The translations under genes were made by a program, and so were the position numbers. From the NCBI GenBank assembly GCA_965113315.1, contig OZ220368.1: DNA of 64,000 bases; one strand, given 5' to 3'. This document shows positions 63,421 to 64,000 of the stretch, one piece after another. A model generated the notes under the pieces. That model searched no databases. It saw only the letters and a list, made by a program, of their open reading frames with translations, and was not told the origin of the DNA. The number at the start of each line of letters is the position of its first letter. The first letter of the stretch is position 1. The stretch comes from Podarcis vaucheri (Eukaryota).

Positions 63421-64000
63421 TTAATAGTGTATTTTTATCTTTATAGTAAGTTACCTTAGGTATTTTGTAAAAAAGGTAGACTATAAATCTTCATAATAAA
63501 TAGAATAAACTCGCTGTCTCATTTCCAGAAAGGGGAACTGTTTCTTATCTAATTACACTGCTATGAGACTCTTCTCATTTTTCAGCAAGGAAAACCATAG
63601 TCTGAGCAGCTTAGCAAAAATTTCACTTCGTATGCTATTAGAACAATTCTTCTAGACACATTTCAGAAAGATTAGAGATCACACAGAAAAGGCATAAAAC
63701 TGTTCATTGCCATTTTAAATTATTTCTGTTGAGAGATGCCCTGAGGCGTTGTTTTTTTTTTTTTTGAGGAATAAGTAGGAGTAAATAATAAAAAATGCGG
63801 GTATCTAAAGTAACGCTGAGTAACATAACCCTCCAGCACAAGGATTTCCACTTGGCACAATCGGATCTCCCCTCTCTTCCCCTTGTGTGCCCCTTAAATA
63901 TGTTCTAGGGCAGGCTTCCTCAACCTCAGCCCTCCAAATGTTTTTTGCCTACAACCATGATCCCTAGCTAGCAGGACCAGTGGTCGGGGATGATGGGAAT

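Noticed and set aside
1-64000. CRISPR arrays, operons, rRNA or other prokaryotic-type systems
   Set aside because: No regularly spaced repeat-spacer arrays or gene-dense regions; the sequence is intron-rich vertebrate DNA.

Overview
This is vertebrate genomic DNA, most likely from a lacertid lizard, judged from the Sauria/Squam1 SINE, a Squam3B-like SINE with a (CTT)n tail, and RTE-BovB. No prokaryotic features are present. Three genes lie on the minus strand, in the same order as I recall for human 1p13.3. (1) The CpG-island promoter and first coding exon of KCNC4 (Kv3.4); the rest of the gene lies left of the window. (2) A complete SLC6A17 (NTT4/XT1): 11 coding exons with GT-AG junctions and consistent phases give 2178 nt and 725 aa, plus an inferred non-coding exon 1 in a CpG island near 49.5-50.3 kb. 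(3) An intact, intronless UBL4B. The remainder is intron or intergenic sequence with BovB, L2, CR1 and RTE fragments, SINEs, MITEs and microsatellites. I see no wholly new multi-gene system. The best leads are: an LC8/DYNLL-type DKATQT motif in lizard UBL4B; the reptilian presence of this retrogene, originally described as X-derived; a perfect 36-bp hairpin inside an old repeat; an inverted pair of RE1/NRSE sites; a (CAG)16 tract in the SLC6A17 5'UTR; a predicted KCNC4 5'UTR intron with uORFs; and a 73-bp templated local duplication. Repeat family names come from remembered consensus sequences, not a database search.
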